Notes under the pieces: model-generated
The model's input: the letters and a program-made list of their open reading frames with translations, nothing else
What the model was told of the DNA's origin: nothing
The model's database searches: none
Made by a program: the position numbers and the translations under genes
In this document: positions 1-47,850 of the stretch, piece by piece
How the letters are laid out: every line of letters starts with the position of its first letter
How positions within the stretch are numbered: the stretch's first letter is position 1
Assembly: GCA_963693365.1 (NCBI GenBank)
Contig: CAVNZM010000012.1
Span: 7,266,889-7,330,888, forward strand
Origin: Amoebidium appalachense
Taxonomy: Eukaryota > Protista > Ichthyosporea
Reading direction: 5' to 3'
DNA length: 64,000 nt

Positions 1-86
1 CGCATGGGCTCCGTGAAGGAAGGGTTTTTAGGTTTTGGTGGAAATTAGGCCAGAATGGCGCATGGATTTAATCTCGTCCACCACAG

Positions 87-17930
<17,844 letters not shown>

Positions 17931-18114
17931 AAGGACTATGGTTGGATGTGGGTTAAATGGAATGTGTAGGTGGAAGGTGAGGATGGTGTGGTGTGTGTGT
18001 GTTTGTGGCACGTGGGGAGGTTTCAGCTCTGGAGCTTTCTACAGAAGTATTTCCGGAAGAGTGTAGAGTCTAATATTGGGTATTTGCGAATGACATAGTT
18101 GGGAATGCGCCTGT

Positions 18115-18150
<36 letters not shown>

Positions 18151-18594
18151 GAAGGGTTTGGTGGGAAATTATAAAAACATGGCGGCGAGATATTAGCCAG
18201 TATCTATAATCTGAAGGGGTGTGTGAATAGTTTCACTGCACACCTGGACAGTTCTGATGGTTGTTTGCATGATTGTAAAAGGATATATGCCGTCTGCCAA
18301 ACGCGGGCTACGGCTTTGACAATGTCGAATGTTAGGCCAAAACACAACAAAATCGCACGTGTAAAAATGTATCTAGAATGTCTGTTTTTCTCTTATTATT
18401 TTTTCTCGCATCTGCTTTTTCCCTTGCAAGAGGGTGCACTGTTGATTTCGTATGATTGCTTCTCTCTTAGGCTGGACGTTATATATGTAAATATGTTTTT
18501 GGTGTCGTCTTTTTTTTTATTTTTTTGTGCCCTCACCAGCATTAACAATATGCTTTGCTTTCCCCCCAAAACGGAAACGGGGGGGGGGGGGGGG

Positions 18595-18631
<37 letters not shown>

Positions 18632-18941
18632 AGTTTGCGTATATCAACTTGCACTTTCATGTGACTTGGTTGACATCATAGTAATTACCATTATTAGTTG
18701 TAATAAACGTATATTTTGTGGATTTGCTTATTTATTAGCTTGTTTTGTTCATAAACTGAATGAGTTGTGTTTTTTTTTCTTTTAGATATCTGATATGATA
18801 TTTACATGCGTGTGAAATATGACTGTCCGCTGGTCGGGCATGAGATATACTATGGGATATAATTGAAAATATATAGCCACAAGTGTAACTTGTGCTTTTG
18901 TTCATGGCCTAGTTTTCTTTGTGCCAACTAGCACAACTAGC

Positions 18942-21576
<2,635 letters not shown>

Positions 21577-22792
21577 GCATGGCGTGCATTGGTCTAGGCT
21601 GCTATGAACTTGCCTTGCCGTTCGCCTTACACTCCATGGAAGATTTTTTCGACGTTACACAATGACATCAAGATAATCCAATCGTACATCAATTTACTAA
21701 AGTAGCAAAAAACCGATCAAGATTCCTCTATTCTGGCTCACTTGTGTCCTTCATTGATGACAAAAAACGTTAGTCATAGCATTTTCATATAACTTTATTA
21801 CATTACCAATGCTACAATCAGGCTAAAATACAAGTTTGTAATGATTTTACTACTTTTTAACACTCTTTAGTAGTCCTAAGAAAAGTCTTGAGGGATATCA
21901 TTTTTGCACCGCTCAAAATCTCGATTACACTGTGTACCAATCAAGAAGAGGCAACATACTTTCGTCTAACGTAGAAAAGGTCTCAGATGCGCGCGACCGC
22001 GTGCATGCTTTCTCTCGCGGCGGCTCTACGGTCCCGAGAGTCCAGTGTTCGCGGTGTGTGTAAGGGAAAATACGAGTCACCTCAGTAGGTGACAGCTTCC
22101 TATGGGCCACGTTGTCACAGGAAAGACACGTGCCACGTGACCTGTCAAGACTGACAAGATATATTCTCTCGGTGTAACTTGGACAGACAGACAGATGCGC
22201 CATCCCTTTCACTGATTAGACTGACTGATTCTTCATGATTTCGTTAGGTAGTGATCACAGACAACTATTTGTTTGTTCTATGCATTTAGTTGCTCACACC
22301 CAAACACAGACAGACGGCAACTCGATTTCACATGTGCCCCCTACTTGAAGGCCCCTTAAGCTTTGATGATTACCACCACGCACCATACATATCATCTATA
22401 AAAATAACCACCTGTATTTGATCACACGAATCCGAAAACCTAAATTTAGTTGCATCTACACTAAATTTTGTCAGGAAAATCTATATTAGTGTTAACACAC
22501 AGCCAGAAGACACAACCAGATGTTCGAGCATATGATCCTAACGGTGATTGATTTTTTTCTTGCTGGGGTCCATGAATTCACATCCCTCTTCATTACTGCT
22601 ATCCGTGCCAGTGGAGAGAAGAAGGCAATTTGTGGATTCTGGAAAACCGAAAGAGGTTCGTTGACCTACCGTTTTCCTTCCCTATCTAGATGGAAGGGCA
22701 CTCATCCAGTCACGTTTGACATACGTATATGTGGTTTCCGAGTGCGTTTGCGTCGGGTTCCCAGTGATTTCCATACCATCGGGGTAAACTTG

Positions 22793-23558
22793 AGTGCATG
22801 TTGGACTTGGTGATGTGTTCTTGGTGTGGCCTTATGGTACCTTGAACATCGAGGCAACAAGGCAGGCACTCGCAGAATGCAACGTGGTGAATGGGTGGGT
22901 GAAATTGAGAGCCAAATAGGATAGGAGGGGAAGGAAGAGGGGGGGGGGGAGGGGGAGGGGGGGGGGGGGGGGGCAAGAGCTGATTTGGGAAAAGGATGAA
23001 CAGTTGCGCGAAGTGAAAGAAGGTGTTGGGTGGGGTGGGGGAGGGAGAGAAAAGGGGCGGGGGAGAGGGGGGGGGGGGGGGGGGGGGGGGGGTGATGAGG
23101 GAGAGAGGATCGAGGGAGAAAGAGGTAGAGATGGTAAAGAGGGGGGGGAGAGAGAGGGAGGGAAAGAAACGGTGAAACAGAGAGAGAGAGGGAGAGTAAG
23201 GGAGGGTGATGGGGAGAGAGAGTGCGTGTGGTTTGGGTGTGTGCGCGGCTTGCACTTTGAGTCCAGTGAAACAACAGACAACTTAGTTCGTCGATCTTAC
23301 ATAGCCATGGTCATGCCGAGTTGTCTTGCCTCCACAATCTTTTTGCACTTCAGCTTTCAGCTACTCTCCACTTTCCGTTTTTTATAGTTCCCGTTGTTGC
23401 TTGAAGAGTTAGTCCGACACCCAGTCCAAACACGCACACACACACGCCCGAGTCCTCCCCCACACACACATGCCCTCCCCCTCTCTCTCGCTCTCTCGCG
23501 CTCTCTCCCTCCCTTCTCTCTCTCCCCCCCTCTTCCCCGCCCTCTCTGTCTCCCTCTC

Positions 23559-23590
<32 letters not shown>

Positions 23591-23725
23591 CCCCCCCCCC
23601 CCCCCCCCCCCCCCCCTCCCTCCCTCCCTCCCTCCCCCTTCTCTCTCCCTCCATCCCTCCCTCCCTCTCTCCCTCGCTCTCCCTCCCTCCCTCCCTCCCT
23701 CTTTCTCTTTCTCTCTCTCTCTCTC

Positions 23726-23760
<35 letters not shown>

Positions 23761-23911
23761 CCCCCCCACTCTCTCCCTCTCTCCTGTCCTCCCCTCTCTT
23801 CTCCCCTCTCCCTCTACCTTCCTCCTCTCTCCCTCATCCCCTGCCTCTCCCTCTCCCTCTCCCTCTCCCTCTCCCTCTCCCCCTTCCCCTCCCCCTCCCC
23901 CTCTCCTTCCC

Positions 23912-23943
<32 letters not shown>

Positions 23944-24709
23944 CCCCCCCCCCCCCTCTCTCTCTCTTTCTCTCTCTCTCGTCCCCCCCCCCCCCCCCCC
24001 CTCCATTCCTACCTACCTACCTACCAATCTATCTACTTGCCTCCCTCCTTCGCCCTCTCCCCCTGTCTGTCTGTTTCTCTCTCTCCTCTCTCTCCCTCTC
24101 TCTATATCTCTCTCTCCCTCCCTCCCTCCCCCCCCCCCCCCCTCCCTCCCTCCCTCCCTCCCTCCCTCTCTTCTCTCTCTCTCTCCCTCTCTCTCTCTCC
24201 CCCCTCCCCCCCCCCCCCCCCCCCCCCCTCCCTCTCCCTCTCCCCCCCCCTCGCCTTCTCTTTCTCCCTCTCCCTCCCGGCCTTGTCTCCTCTCCCACTC
24301 CCTCTGTCTCTCTACGTGTGCTTCTATGTGTGTGTGTGATTGTATATCCCATATTTATCTCTATTTGTTTTTTTGCACAACGTTAGTACTAGGAGCATGC
24401 CTCGTGGCACAAACTGTTCATAAATAATTGACCCCCCCTCTCCTCCTTCCACACTGACCGTCTTCCTCCCTCTTGAGTCACTCTCTTTCTCTCTTTTTTT
24501 CATCCGCCCCTCTCCGCTTCCTCCGCCATTTCCCCCGCCCCCTCTTTCCCCCCCTCCCTCCCTACCTCCCTCCCTCCCTCCCTTACTCTTTCCATACCTC
24601 CCTCCCTCCCTCCCTCCCTCCCTCCCTCCCTCTTTCCCTCCCTCCCTCCCTCGCTGGTTTTTTTTCTCTCTCTCTCTCTCTCTCTCCCTCCCTCCCTCCC
24701 TCTCTCCCT

Positions 24710-24784
<75 letters not shown>

Positions 24785-25099
24785 CACCCTCCCTCTCGTT
24801 CCCCTTCCCCCTCGCCCTTTCCCCTCCCCTCCCCCCCCCCCCCCCCCCCCCCCTCTTCCTCCCTCTCCCCTCTCCCTACCCCTCCCCCCCTTCTCCCCTC
24901 CCACCCGCCTCCCCCTTCCCCTCCCCCTCCCCCTCCCCCCCTCCCCTCCGCGCCCCCGAGGGACCAACTCTCAACGTTATCCATCAATGCTCTCAAACAC
25001 TAAAACGTCTGATTTTACCAACATATTGTACCCCCACCACTCACACGGCTCACCCGATTGTGGATATCATCTAACTATCATCTCAAAGCCCCTTCCCTC

Positions 25100-25174
<75 letters not shown>

Positions 25175-25518
25175 TTTAGCTAGATCACCTCTCTTCAAAA
25201 ATACCGGAACGGACTGCGGCCGGTTTTATCAATTTAAGAATGTTACACAAGATGGTTCCACTATTTTCTACTTTTTTTTCTGCGGGGAAAATTCACGGGG
25301 GAGCTTCTATTTCTCGTTATTTCGGGACGACTACCAAGGCCACCCAAACCCAACTGGCGATCCTTATTGTCAAAGCTTTCGAACGGCAAATAAAAATAGA
25401 ATCGAGATTCCAAGGAATCCCGCCGCCTGTACCAATAGAGAAGTGGACCCCCAAAAAATCGGATATTGCCAAGAAAATTCCCGTTTCGCCACAACTGAGC
25501 ATTAAGAACACCGATGCC
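22793..25518. repeat. Copy 2 of the ~2.7-kb local direct duplication
   Basis: Collinear with 18942-21576 and runs into the intact ORF at 25240. Confidence 0.9.
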
Positions 25519-26877
25519 ACGACAGCAGGGAAGTCGGAAACCAGGAAAACACAACCAAAATTACCGGAAATCCGTCCTGCCCAGTCACTTGCGAACACGA
25601 GTAATGAGGAAACCCCGCATGATATTACCGAGCATGATAATCAGGTGCAAGTGGAAACTTGTGTAACGTCCGTCGACGTCGGCGAGGGGAAGCCGTCAAA
25701 AACCCCAGAGTCCTTACCGACGCCGCCGAAAAAACAAAAACGGACACTAATAAAACCGGAAAAGAAACCACAACCGATCCCCGAGCCAATACCAACAGAA
25801 AACGAGAAGCCGCCTGAATCAGAACAGCCGACAACTACTAGTATTGATGCTACAACCACAGATCCGGAAATTCCAGCTAAAAATCCGACAATCCCCTCGC
25901 CGAAGCCTAAGTCAAAGGCGCTTCTGCCAAAACGGAAAAGTCGGGCGGTGGCTGAGCCCGGAAACCCAATCATGGGTTTGCAGAAATCCGAAACCCCGAC
26001 ACGGAAACCAGAGCCAAAAACGAAGAGGGCACCGTCTATAGCTACCCAACCGAAGGTACGAAACGGGAAATCCAAATTAAAGCCGGTGATAACACTTGCA
26101 CCACAGTCAACAACAATCACAAACCCTTGGACCGCTGCAAATTTTTTGGACCCGGATACGCTTAAGCGGTGGAACGAGGTTTCTTCTTCGTGGCCAAGCG
26201 ACAAAACTGTAGTTCTTTTTACTGACGGAAGCACGCTTGAAAAAGGCCGCAACAAAAAACACAAATACGTAGGGGCGGGGGTGGGCGTGGTGCTTGATAA
26301 TGTTTCTTTGGAAGAGGATCTTGTTGCTTCGGTGCGGCTACCCAAAGGCGTAACCTGCACGCAGGCAGAAGTCTATGGGCTGTTGTTAGGATTGCTTCTC
26401 ACGCCACCACACCTTAGCCTACACATTAAGACAGATTGTCAGAGTGTGGTGCACGTCCTTGAAGACTTAGTCATGAACACAGGGTTCCTATCCCGAAAAA
26501 CGCGAATGAAACGCCATGCATGCGCAATCTGGCAACACATTGACCACAACGCAAACACACGTACGGGGAATTTCACGTTTGAGTGGGTGAGGGGGCACCA
26601 GAAAGATGGATCTCACGATGCGTTCCGAAGCAAACAGGCAGATGAGGCAGCGCGTGCAGGGTGTAAAAGGAAGCTTTTGTTCCGTCATTTTCCTTTACCA
26701 CCTGCTCCCGCACAGAGGGACGCTGAGGAAATTAGTAGTAATACGGCCCCTGCTTCGCAGAGTCTTTTACTTACTAAGTTAACTGCAGTTTTTTGCATGG
26801 TGCGTGTCCCGGAAAATCAGTATCTGTGTTGTTTGAATTTACTGGCGGAATTTGCGGTGTTTATGGTGTACACGTAG
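25240..26877 (+). CDS. Intronless RNase HI-domain protein (545 aa) with a long P/K/T-rich linker
   Basis: Uninterrupted ORF with the motifs VLFTDGS, GAGVG, QAEVYGLLLGL, IKTDCQ, FEWVRGH and QADEAA, so the DEDD and His catalytic residues are intact. No RT, endonuclease or recognisable hybrid-binding domain is seen. Confidence 0.85.
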   Translation: MLHKMVPLFSTFFSAGKIHGGASISRYFGTTTKATQTQLAILIVKAFERQIKIESRFQGIPPPVPIEKWTPKKSDIAKKIPVSPQLSIKNTDATTAGKSETRKTQPKLPEIRPAQSLANTSNEETPHDITEHDNQVQVETCVTSVDVGEGKPSKTPESLPTPPKKQKRTLIKPEKKPQPIPEPIPTENEKPPESEQPTTTSIDATTTDPEIPAKNPTIPSPKPKSKALLPKRKSRAVAEPGNPIMGLQKSETPTRKPEPKTKRAPSIATQPKVRNGKSKLKPVITLAPQSTTITNPWTAANFLDPDTLKRWNEVSSSWPSDKTVVLFTDGSTLEKGRNKKHKYVGAGVGVVLDNVSLEEDLVASVRLPKGVTCTQAEVYGLLLGLLLTPPHLSLHIKTDCQSVVHVLEDLVMNTGFLSRKTRMKRHACAIWQHIDHNANTRTGNFTFEWVRGHQKDGSHDAFRSKQADEAARAGCKRKLLFRHFPLPPAPAQRDAEEISSNTAPASQSLLLTKLTAVFCMVRVPENQYLCCLNLLAEFAVFMVYT

Positions 26878-26994
26878 AATCTGATGTTTTGATTTGTTCA
26901 GGGGTCGAAAAGCGAGTATTTTTTTTATCATGGTATTTAATTTGTACATATGATAGCGTCAGTACATTCATGATTTTTTTTGTAAACATGGTAC

Positions 26995-27080
26995 TAAGTT
27001 ACACATCATGGCACTGACGCTATGTACATATGTAACTTAAGTTACACATCATGGCACTGACGCTATGTACATATGTAACT
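26995..27080. repeat. Exact 43-bp tandem duplication with self-complementary unit ends
   Basis: TAAGTTACACATCATGGCACTGACGCTATGTACATATGTAACT occurs twice; the unit ends are AGTTACA...TGTAACT. Confidence 0.9.
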
Positions 27081-27440
27081 TAGAGAGACCGCCTAAGACT
27101 TAACCATGCTCCTTAATTGTCTATTCGATTTTGCTATAGAATGTTTATTTCGTATAGTGAGGTGGAGGTTACGGAAATACTATACCGGAAATAATAATCT
27201 TGTTTACGTGGCTCATTGCAATTGTCATCAAGTTTAATTAATTAATTATAAACTTTGTTTTTCGACTCGAATGACTCGTTCTCTGCACTGAGTTGTAGGT
27301 ACTAACTATTTACTCAGTCTGTCTCGCAATGCCACGTGCACACTGAATCGATGTTGTGTGTTTCCGCAAGGCTTAGCAACTCGATCCTCTTTTCCCTCTG
27401 CGTGGCCTCTGCGCCTATGTATATATGCCCGGGGGTGCGG

Positions 27441-27475
<35 letters not shown>

Positions 27476-28366
27476 TCGAATTCGAGCTGAGATCTAGCTA
27501 GAGAGGAGGAGGGAATGAGGGAGGGATCCGGAGAGAATGAGAGGAGAGAGAGAGCTCGAGAGAGAGTGTGTGTGTGTGTGTGCATGTGTTCGTGTGTGTG
27601 TCTGGCTACAGAGAGAGAGAGAATTTCAATCATGCAGTACACAACGATGGCTGTATGATTACATGATTATGACAATGGGTTGTCGTAATTGTTGTTGGTG
27701 AGCTCGAGTGCCAATAACGAAACAAACGGGTATCAGCTGCAGAAGGAAAACCGTTACTATAATGAATTTTATTTCGATCGGGGCATCAAGGAAAAACATT
27801 ATGTCACTGCGCATGCAGTGGTAACAATGCCAGATATGAACAAGAGTATACCGTATGTGTTTCGAGTTGAGCGAAGAAAAGGTGTTGATGATAATTAGTT
27901 TATTTAGATCGGGGCTATGCCATCAGACAGGGCGAAATAACTGATGTCGACGTACGTATACATCTTGAAACATAATACATGCGTACAGTACTCAATTCAA
28001 ATCCTTTGAGTTATGCAAGCAATATGCCACACCAAGCATCAACTCATCAATGATTATCATAACAGCATGTTGATTCAATGTTACTTCCTAGCTACCGTTC
28101 TCGAAGAGTAGGCTACAGCGTCTTCATATATAGAATCAACATAAACTAGCAATTTTGAGATACATACTTGTTATCACTCGAGTATATACACCAAGATGTT
28201 TATGCAGTAATTAGACAGTTAACATTACTTCGTGGCACTAGTTCTAATAGTCCTTAGAACTATTTTATCATATCGAGTTCTCACGACCGCCAGTGTCGGA
28301 GGTCAACTTGAAAAGTCAAACATGCTTGGAAATGCAAAAGGAAAAACAAAACCTTGACGTGTTAAG

Positions 28367-42475
<14,109 letters not shown>

Positions 42476-44534
42476 TTTGAATTGGTTTTGGGGACGCTAA
42501 AACAATAAAATTTAAATGAATGTGGATATTGGGTGGTTGGATAATATAGTAGCGTGTTGTTCTACTTTGCAGTTCGCTGCCTGACGTTAAAGGTGTTAAA
42601 GGCACACCTGCCGCATTATACCCGATTGCCCTTAAATATTATCTCAAACAAAATAAAGGACGTGGAAAAAAGGAGAAAAATTGCGCACAGTAAGTACCGC
42701 TCAGAGGCACGACCTATTCAAGTCTGCTTTCAACTACTTTTTAGCTCTTTTGTCTTAATTTTTTCTTGCCTAGTGCACTATTCGTATGCATGTACAGCGT
42801 TATATAGGAAACAGCATCGATAACTGGGACGGTAGTTCACTTTATTGCCTCTTGAAATGTGTTTTGAGTCGCACCAAACCAAATCAATTGTGTTGCCTGT
42901 ATTTCTTCTGGATCTCTACGTAGACACTCCACTCGTAGTGTACATATTACAGCAGGGTCAAACAATATGTCCACATAAAAATCTTTGTTCTAATGTGAAT
43001 TTTGATAGAGGGGTATGCCATGCACATGTGCACAGCTTGAGACAAACAGTGCGTGACTGGGAACGGCACAAGGTCAAAACTTTCCCACAGCTTTATCGAT
43101 CAGGGAAACGCGTTCAAGTTTGGAACTAATAAATGAATTGCGGGTACATAATTAAATAATTCTTGAGTGTGTTGTTACAGCTTACAATGCAATTACAAAA
43201 ATATATGTATAACTCGTTGGGGGATTGCCACAAAAATCACTTGTATGGGAAAGCACACAGCAAAAAAAAACCCGTGGGGACATTCACGTGCCCGTTACGG
43301 TGCCGGCAACCGGCGGTTGCGATGGCCAATCAAATAGGTGCAAGGCGGCTTTAAAGATCCTTGTGCTGTAGGGTTCTAAAAATTATTCAAAAAATAAAAA
43401 GTGAAACACAGAAATTAGAATAGCGAACTTATTGGTTAAACAAAAAACCTATAAACTTATAGCTAATATATATTATATAGTAGTGTTTGGTTGATTTAAG
43501 TCCATAACTCAGCAATATATAAAGGTAAAAAAAAAAACCTTTGGTTCTGTAAACCAAGTTGGGTATCATTTTCAGAAGCCCCCCTTAAACAGCAGGTATG
43601 AGGTGATAGACCATTGATGTTTTGTTGAGCCAATCAGACGATTCCCAAGCGGCCATTCGTCACCGCAGCGCTAACAAGAAAAGCGCCATATTCTTTCAGT
43701 TGTGAGACGGAGTCTTACTCTTACGATTTCTGTCATGCAATATGTTGATTTCTAATCTTTTTCTCTAAATTTTTCTTTCTTGCTTTCTTTTGTTTCATTA
43801 TGCAGGGGATGGCCAGTTTTGAACTCATGATTATTTCGTCACGCGCGTCACGGTGCCACTGCTCAGTGTAGCGAGGTTTTGGGGGACATTCAAATTTGCT
43901 AAAATTCGATGCTCATTTTCTCAGCCTCACAATTATTCATGAACCACTTGGCATGAACGATTCTGTAGAATTAGACCCGCCTACTTAATTGTGAAGGTAG
44001 AACAGCAGATGCATACATCAAATGTGCTTACAGTTCGGTGGTCCAATGATGATGATCGTTATTCAGTTAGGGCATCACGAAAACGGTTGGAAGTACTCCA
44101 GGCCGTGCCACCGTGGGATAGACAGAGCCGCGACATTCAAGGTGTGAGGTTTAGGAGGAGGATTCCTAAGGTATTCTAGTAGGTATATAAAGAGACAGAC
44201 GAAGTGCCAGACTTTTGCAATTGCAATTGGTTTTTGCCAACCTGCGTCTCGAGTCGGGATACACCGCCTGCCAGCCCGCCCGCCCGCCCGCCCGCCTGCC
44301 CGCCCGCCCGCCCGCCCGCCCGCCCACCCGCCCGCACGCACGCACACACTTGTAAAATTGGTCCAAAACCACGTGCCGCTATGTACATATCATGCATATG
44401 GAACACATGTTGTGTTTCCGGATTGGCCGGAGGGAGCGGCCAATAAAGTTCAATGATCGATATCCCCTGCCGCTACACCGCCCGCCCGCCCGGCGCCCGC
44501 CCGCCCACCCGCCCCGCCCGCCCGCCCGCCCGCC

Positions 44535-44614
<80 letters not shown>

Positions 44615-44704
44615 CACACTTGTAAAACCACGTGCGTGCCCACACACACAGTCTCCTGGATGTGTGGGCAAACGCACGCACGCACGAATACATACGTACG
44701 GATA

Positions 44705-44860
44705 CCGTCCACCATTAAGAATACCCGCCAATAAGAATACGCTAGCGGCCAAGTCCGTTTTTTTTTTAAGAATATGCACCGCAGCCAGATTTTGTGATGT
44801 TCTTAATGGCGGACGGACCTATAAACTTTGCTGGATCATGCATATGCATACTCATGCCCC

Positions 44861-44895
<35 letters not shown>

Positions 44896-45042
44896 TTCCC
44901 CCCCCCCTCCCCCTCTCCCCTCAGCACACACACCCCAAACCTCCCCTCCCCATGTTTCTCCCCCCCCCCCCCCCTCTCGAGCTCCCCTCAACACACACAC
45001 TTGAACCCTCCCCTCCCCATGTTTCCCATGTCCCCCTCCCCC

Positions 45043-45075
<33 letters not shown>

Positions 45076-45172
45076 GGGTCCCGTGCCATTTAAGAATATG
45101 ATAGCGGCCATGCAAAAGCTTTAAGAATATGCACCGTGACCACGTTTTGCGGGGCTTCTTAAGGGCGGACGG
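44705..45172. mobile_element. Two related ~100-bp MITE-like units (44705-44816 and ~45078-45172)
   Basis: TA-CCGTCCACCATTAAGAA pairs with TTCTTAATGGCGGACGG (16/17 match). The second unit ends TTCTTAAGGGCGGACGG. Both share internal TAGCGGCCA and TTAAGAATATGCACCG. Confidence 0.55.
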
Positions 45173-45251
45173 CATCTGTATACGTGCAGACGTCAGATTC
45201 CGAACGCCACTGCACAGACACAAAAATACCCAACGTACAGACACACACAGG

Positions 45252-45680
45252 GGGGCGGGTTGGTGCAATGGTAAGATCTCTGCGTGTCAAGCTCAAAGTC
45301 GCAGGATCGATCCTGGTTACTTCCGATTTTTCTGCCTCGACGGTCCACCGGTCTGGCCGCCCCCTAGAAGCCATCACCCCAGACCACGTCAAGCAGCACC
45401 ACCAATTTGTTATCATCCGGCCGCAAGACATGACGTCATGAACAGCACCGGCCGGGTCGCTCCCGGCTGGTGTTGTTAAAGTGAGCTGTGCTCACTTCCC
45501 CACTAGCGTTGCTGCGGCTAGAACCGTGGGAATCGGTGGGATAAGGCGTAACTAAAAATAGTGCCAGTTGGAGTGTGCTATACAGTGCGATCTGTGTCTA
45601 GGCGGAAGACGGTAAGCTCCCCTGAGGCAGTGCCTCGCCGGGAGTGAAACGGGATAAAATAAAAAAATAAAAAAAAAATA
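45252..45680 (+). mobile_element. tRNA-derived SINE candidate with a degenerate tRNA-like head (45252-45325, GTC at the anticodon position)
   Basis: A-box TGGTGCAATGG and B-box-like GGATCGATCC at tRNA spacing, but the D and anticodon stems are broken. A unique body follows, then an A-rich tail at 45654-45680. Confidence 0.55.
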
Positions 45681-45683
45681 CAG

Positions 45684-45921
<238 letters not shown>

Positions 45922-46998
45922 TGTAACAGACACACGCAAGTGCGTACGTGCACTGTGACACGCACACGTGCACGCACGCACGTACAAATGTTACCACCGC
46001 TACCTATAGCCGCTGGGCGGAGAGCCACATTGGTGACGTCATTCTGTGCACAATTTTCAACGCTGTGTAGCCGCCGGGCTGAAACTGCAGGAGCCGGGCG
46101 CGAAGAAAGAACAAAGCCGTCACTGAGCAGACAGACGTCCGACCGGCGGTGTACATGTAGAGCTAGCTAATATTTTCATCGTCCCCGTCTTTCAAACCAA
46201 AGCCTTGACAAACATGTACAGTGACGTGCCCTGAGTACGCTCTTTGTACTTTTCGCGCCCACTCTGGCCGTGCTGCTGTTCGCTGCATGCTTGTTTTCTC
46301 GTTTCTGCTTCTTTGTGATGAGCAGATTTGAATTTGCTAGAGACCTCCGTAGGTGGTAGATTCAAAGCTGTCAAGCCACCATGTTTGCTGCATCGCTTAC
46401 CGCCACAATTGTTTCCAAGCGCATCACCTCGGGCACGCTGGTCACGACTTCAAGTCTCTAGCGGCGTGTGCTTCCTGGTGAGTTTTTTTTTTTTTTTTTT
46501 CCCTGTTTCAACACATAGGAGTGAATGAAGGACGCTGGTCGCTCACGTTTCAAGAAGTATGGGGTGTGTTTTGCCCTAGAGGTTTCGGCTTTATTGTTTT
46601 TTTTGCCTTTCTGTCAGTTGTGTGCTTAGCAGGTTATGAAAATTGTTGCTACGCGTGTTTAGTGTGTGCGTCACTCTACTTTATAGGTACTGTGGTTGTC
46701 CCCTTGGAAAGCAATTCTTCCTGTTTCGTTGTATTTGATGTTCTCATTTCATTTTTGCTTTTGTGCTTCTTTTTGATTACAAATGATTAACAGTAGGTTT
46801 TATGTTTTATTTTCCATCTTTTGTACGTCTTTTAGAGGGGGAGCCCATACAAATCATAATGTGAAATCAAGCAATTTAATCGGCTCATTCGTTAGAGTTT
46901 GACACACCTTCCGATTAGTAATGCGTTCAAAGCGCTTTAACTCAAAGGCAAAATGCAACGAATGCATCTTCCTTGGCCAGTCGGCCTGCAAAAGCAGA

Positions 46999-47780
46999 AT
47001 GCAACGAATTGCATTTGCCTTGGCAGTCGGCCTGCTAATTATAAAGGTTAAAGCCTCACCATTTGAAGTGGCTAATAGGCAGGGGCACAGGTGTTTTTGG
47101 CCAGTCCGAATGCTTCGGTTTAGGTCGACACACACGTCGGGTAGACGTGTACGATCGACCCAGGTCTATGGCACTCAGACAGTCAATGTTCCTTTGTCTG
47201 AGCTTTTGCATGCCAAAGAACAACAGGCCGATGCTGAACGCAAGGCTCGAGAGGCAATCGCTGACGTGGAGCGCCGTGCTCGAGAGGCGTTGATTGAAAG
47301 CAGCATTGCTGAACGTCAAGCTCGAGCACTAGTGTGGAGTCTCAACAACGAGCTGTCTGACCTGAAAAGTAAATACCAGGAATCAATTTAATAGACCTGC
47401 AGCGAGTCAAAATAAGGTTTGCATTGGAGCAAGTAGCCGAAATCATCCGTCAGAAAGAAATGCAGAAGGATAACCACTCACAAATTTCATTAACGGAAGC
47501 CCTTAAGCGGGTCCCAGACTCGCGAGAATTCAAAAAACAACTTCGGAGCAATGTCATGTATGGTTCGGAACAAAAGAAACAGCTGAAGGATGCGTTTTTT
47601 ATGCTGAAAAAAATGGCCCACTCCGCTCACCACGAGTTCCTATCGGAGATGAGATTGCAGTGGGGAAGAAATGTCTTCCCCAGCTCTTCCCCAGCGCAAG
47701 TGCAGAGGAAGCATTTATGTGCGTTTGGCATAAAGATACATAGAGTTGATTATATTAGCGGCCATAGTTCTTGGCATAAA
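46999..47780 (+). pseudogene. Hypothetical coiled-coil protein interrupted by a frameshift at ~47387
   Basis: LLHAKEQQADAERKAREAIADVERRAREA...LSDLKSKYQES continues after a frame change as LIDLQRVKIRFALEQVAEIIRQKE...LKKMAHSAHH. Complexity is coding-like, but the family is not recognised. Confidence 0.45.
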
Positions 47781-47816
47781 ATTAAGTTTTTTTTTTTTTG
47801 TTTTTTTTGTTTTTTT

Positions 47817-47850
<34 letters not shown>

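Noticed and set aside
26995-27080. CRISPR-like repeat
   Set aside because: There are only two adjacent units with no spacer, in a eukaryotic context with no cas genes.
43800-43875. Minus-strand tRNA-like A/B boxes
   Set aside because: No cloverleaf can be folded; it is too degenerate to call.
45252-45325. Functional tRNA-Asp gene
   Set aside because: The D and anticodon stems do not pair and the T-loop is non-canonical; it is reported as a SINE head instead.
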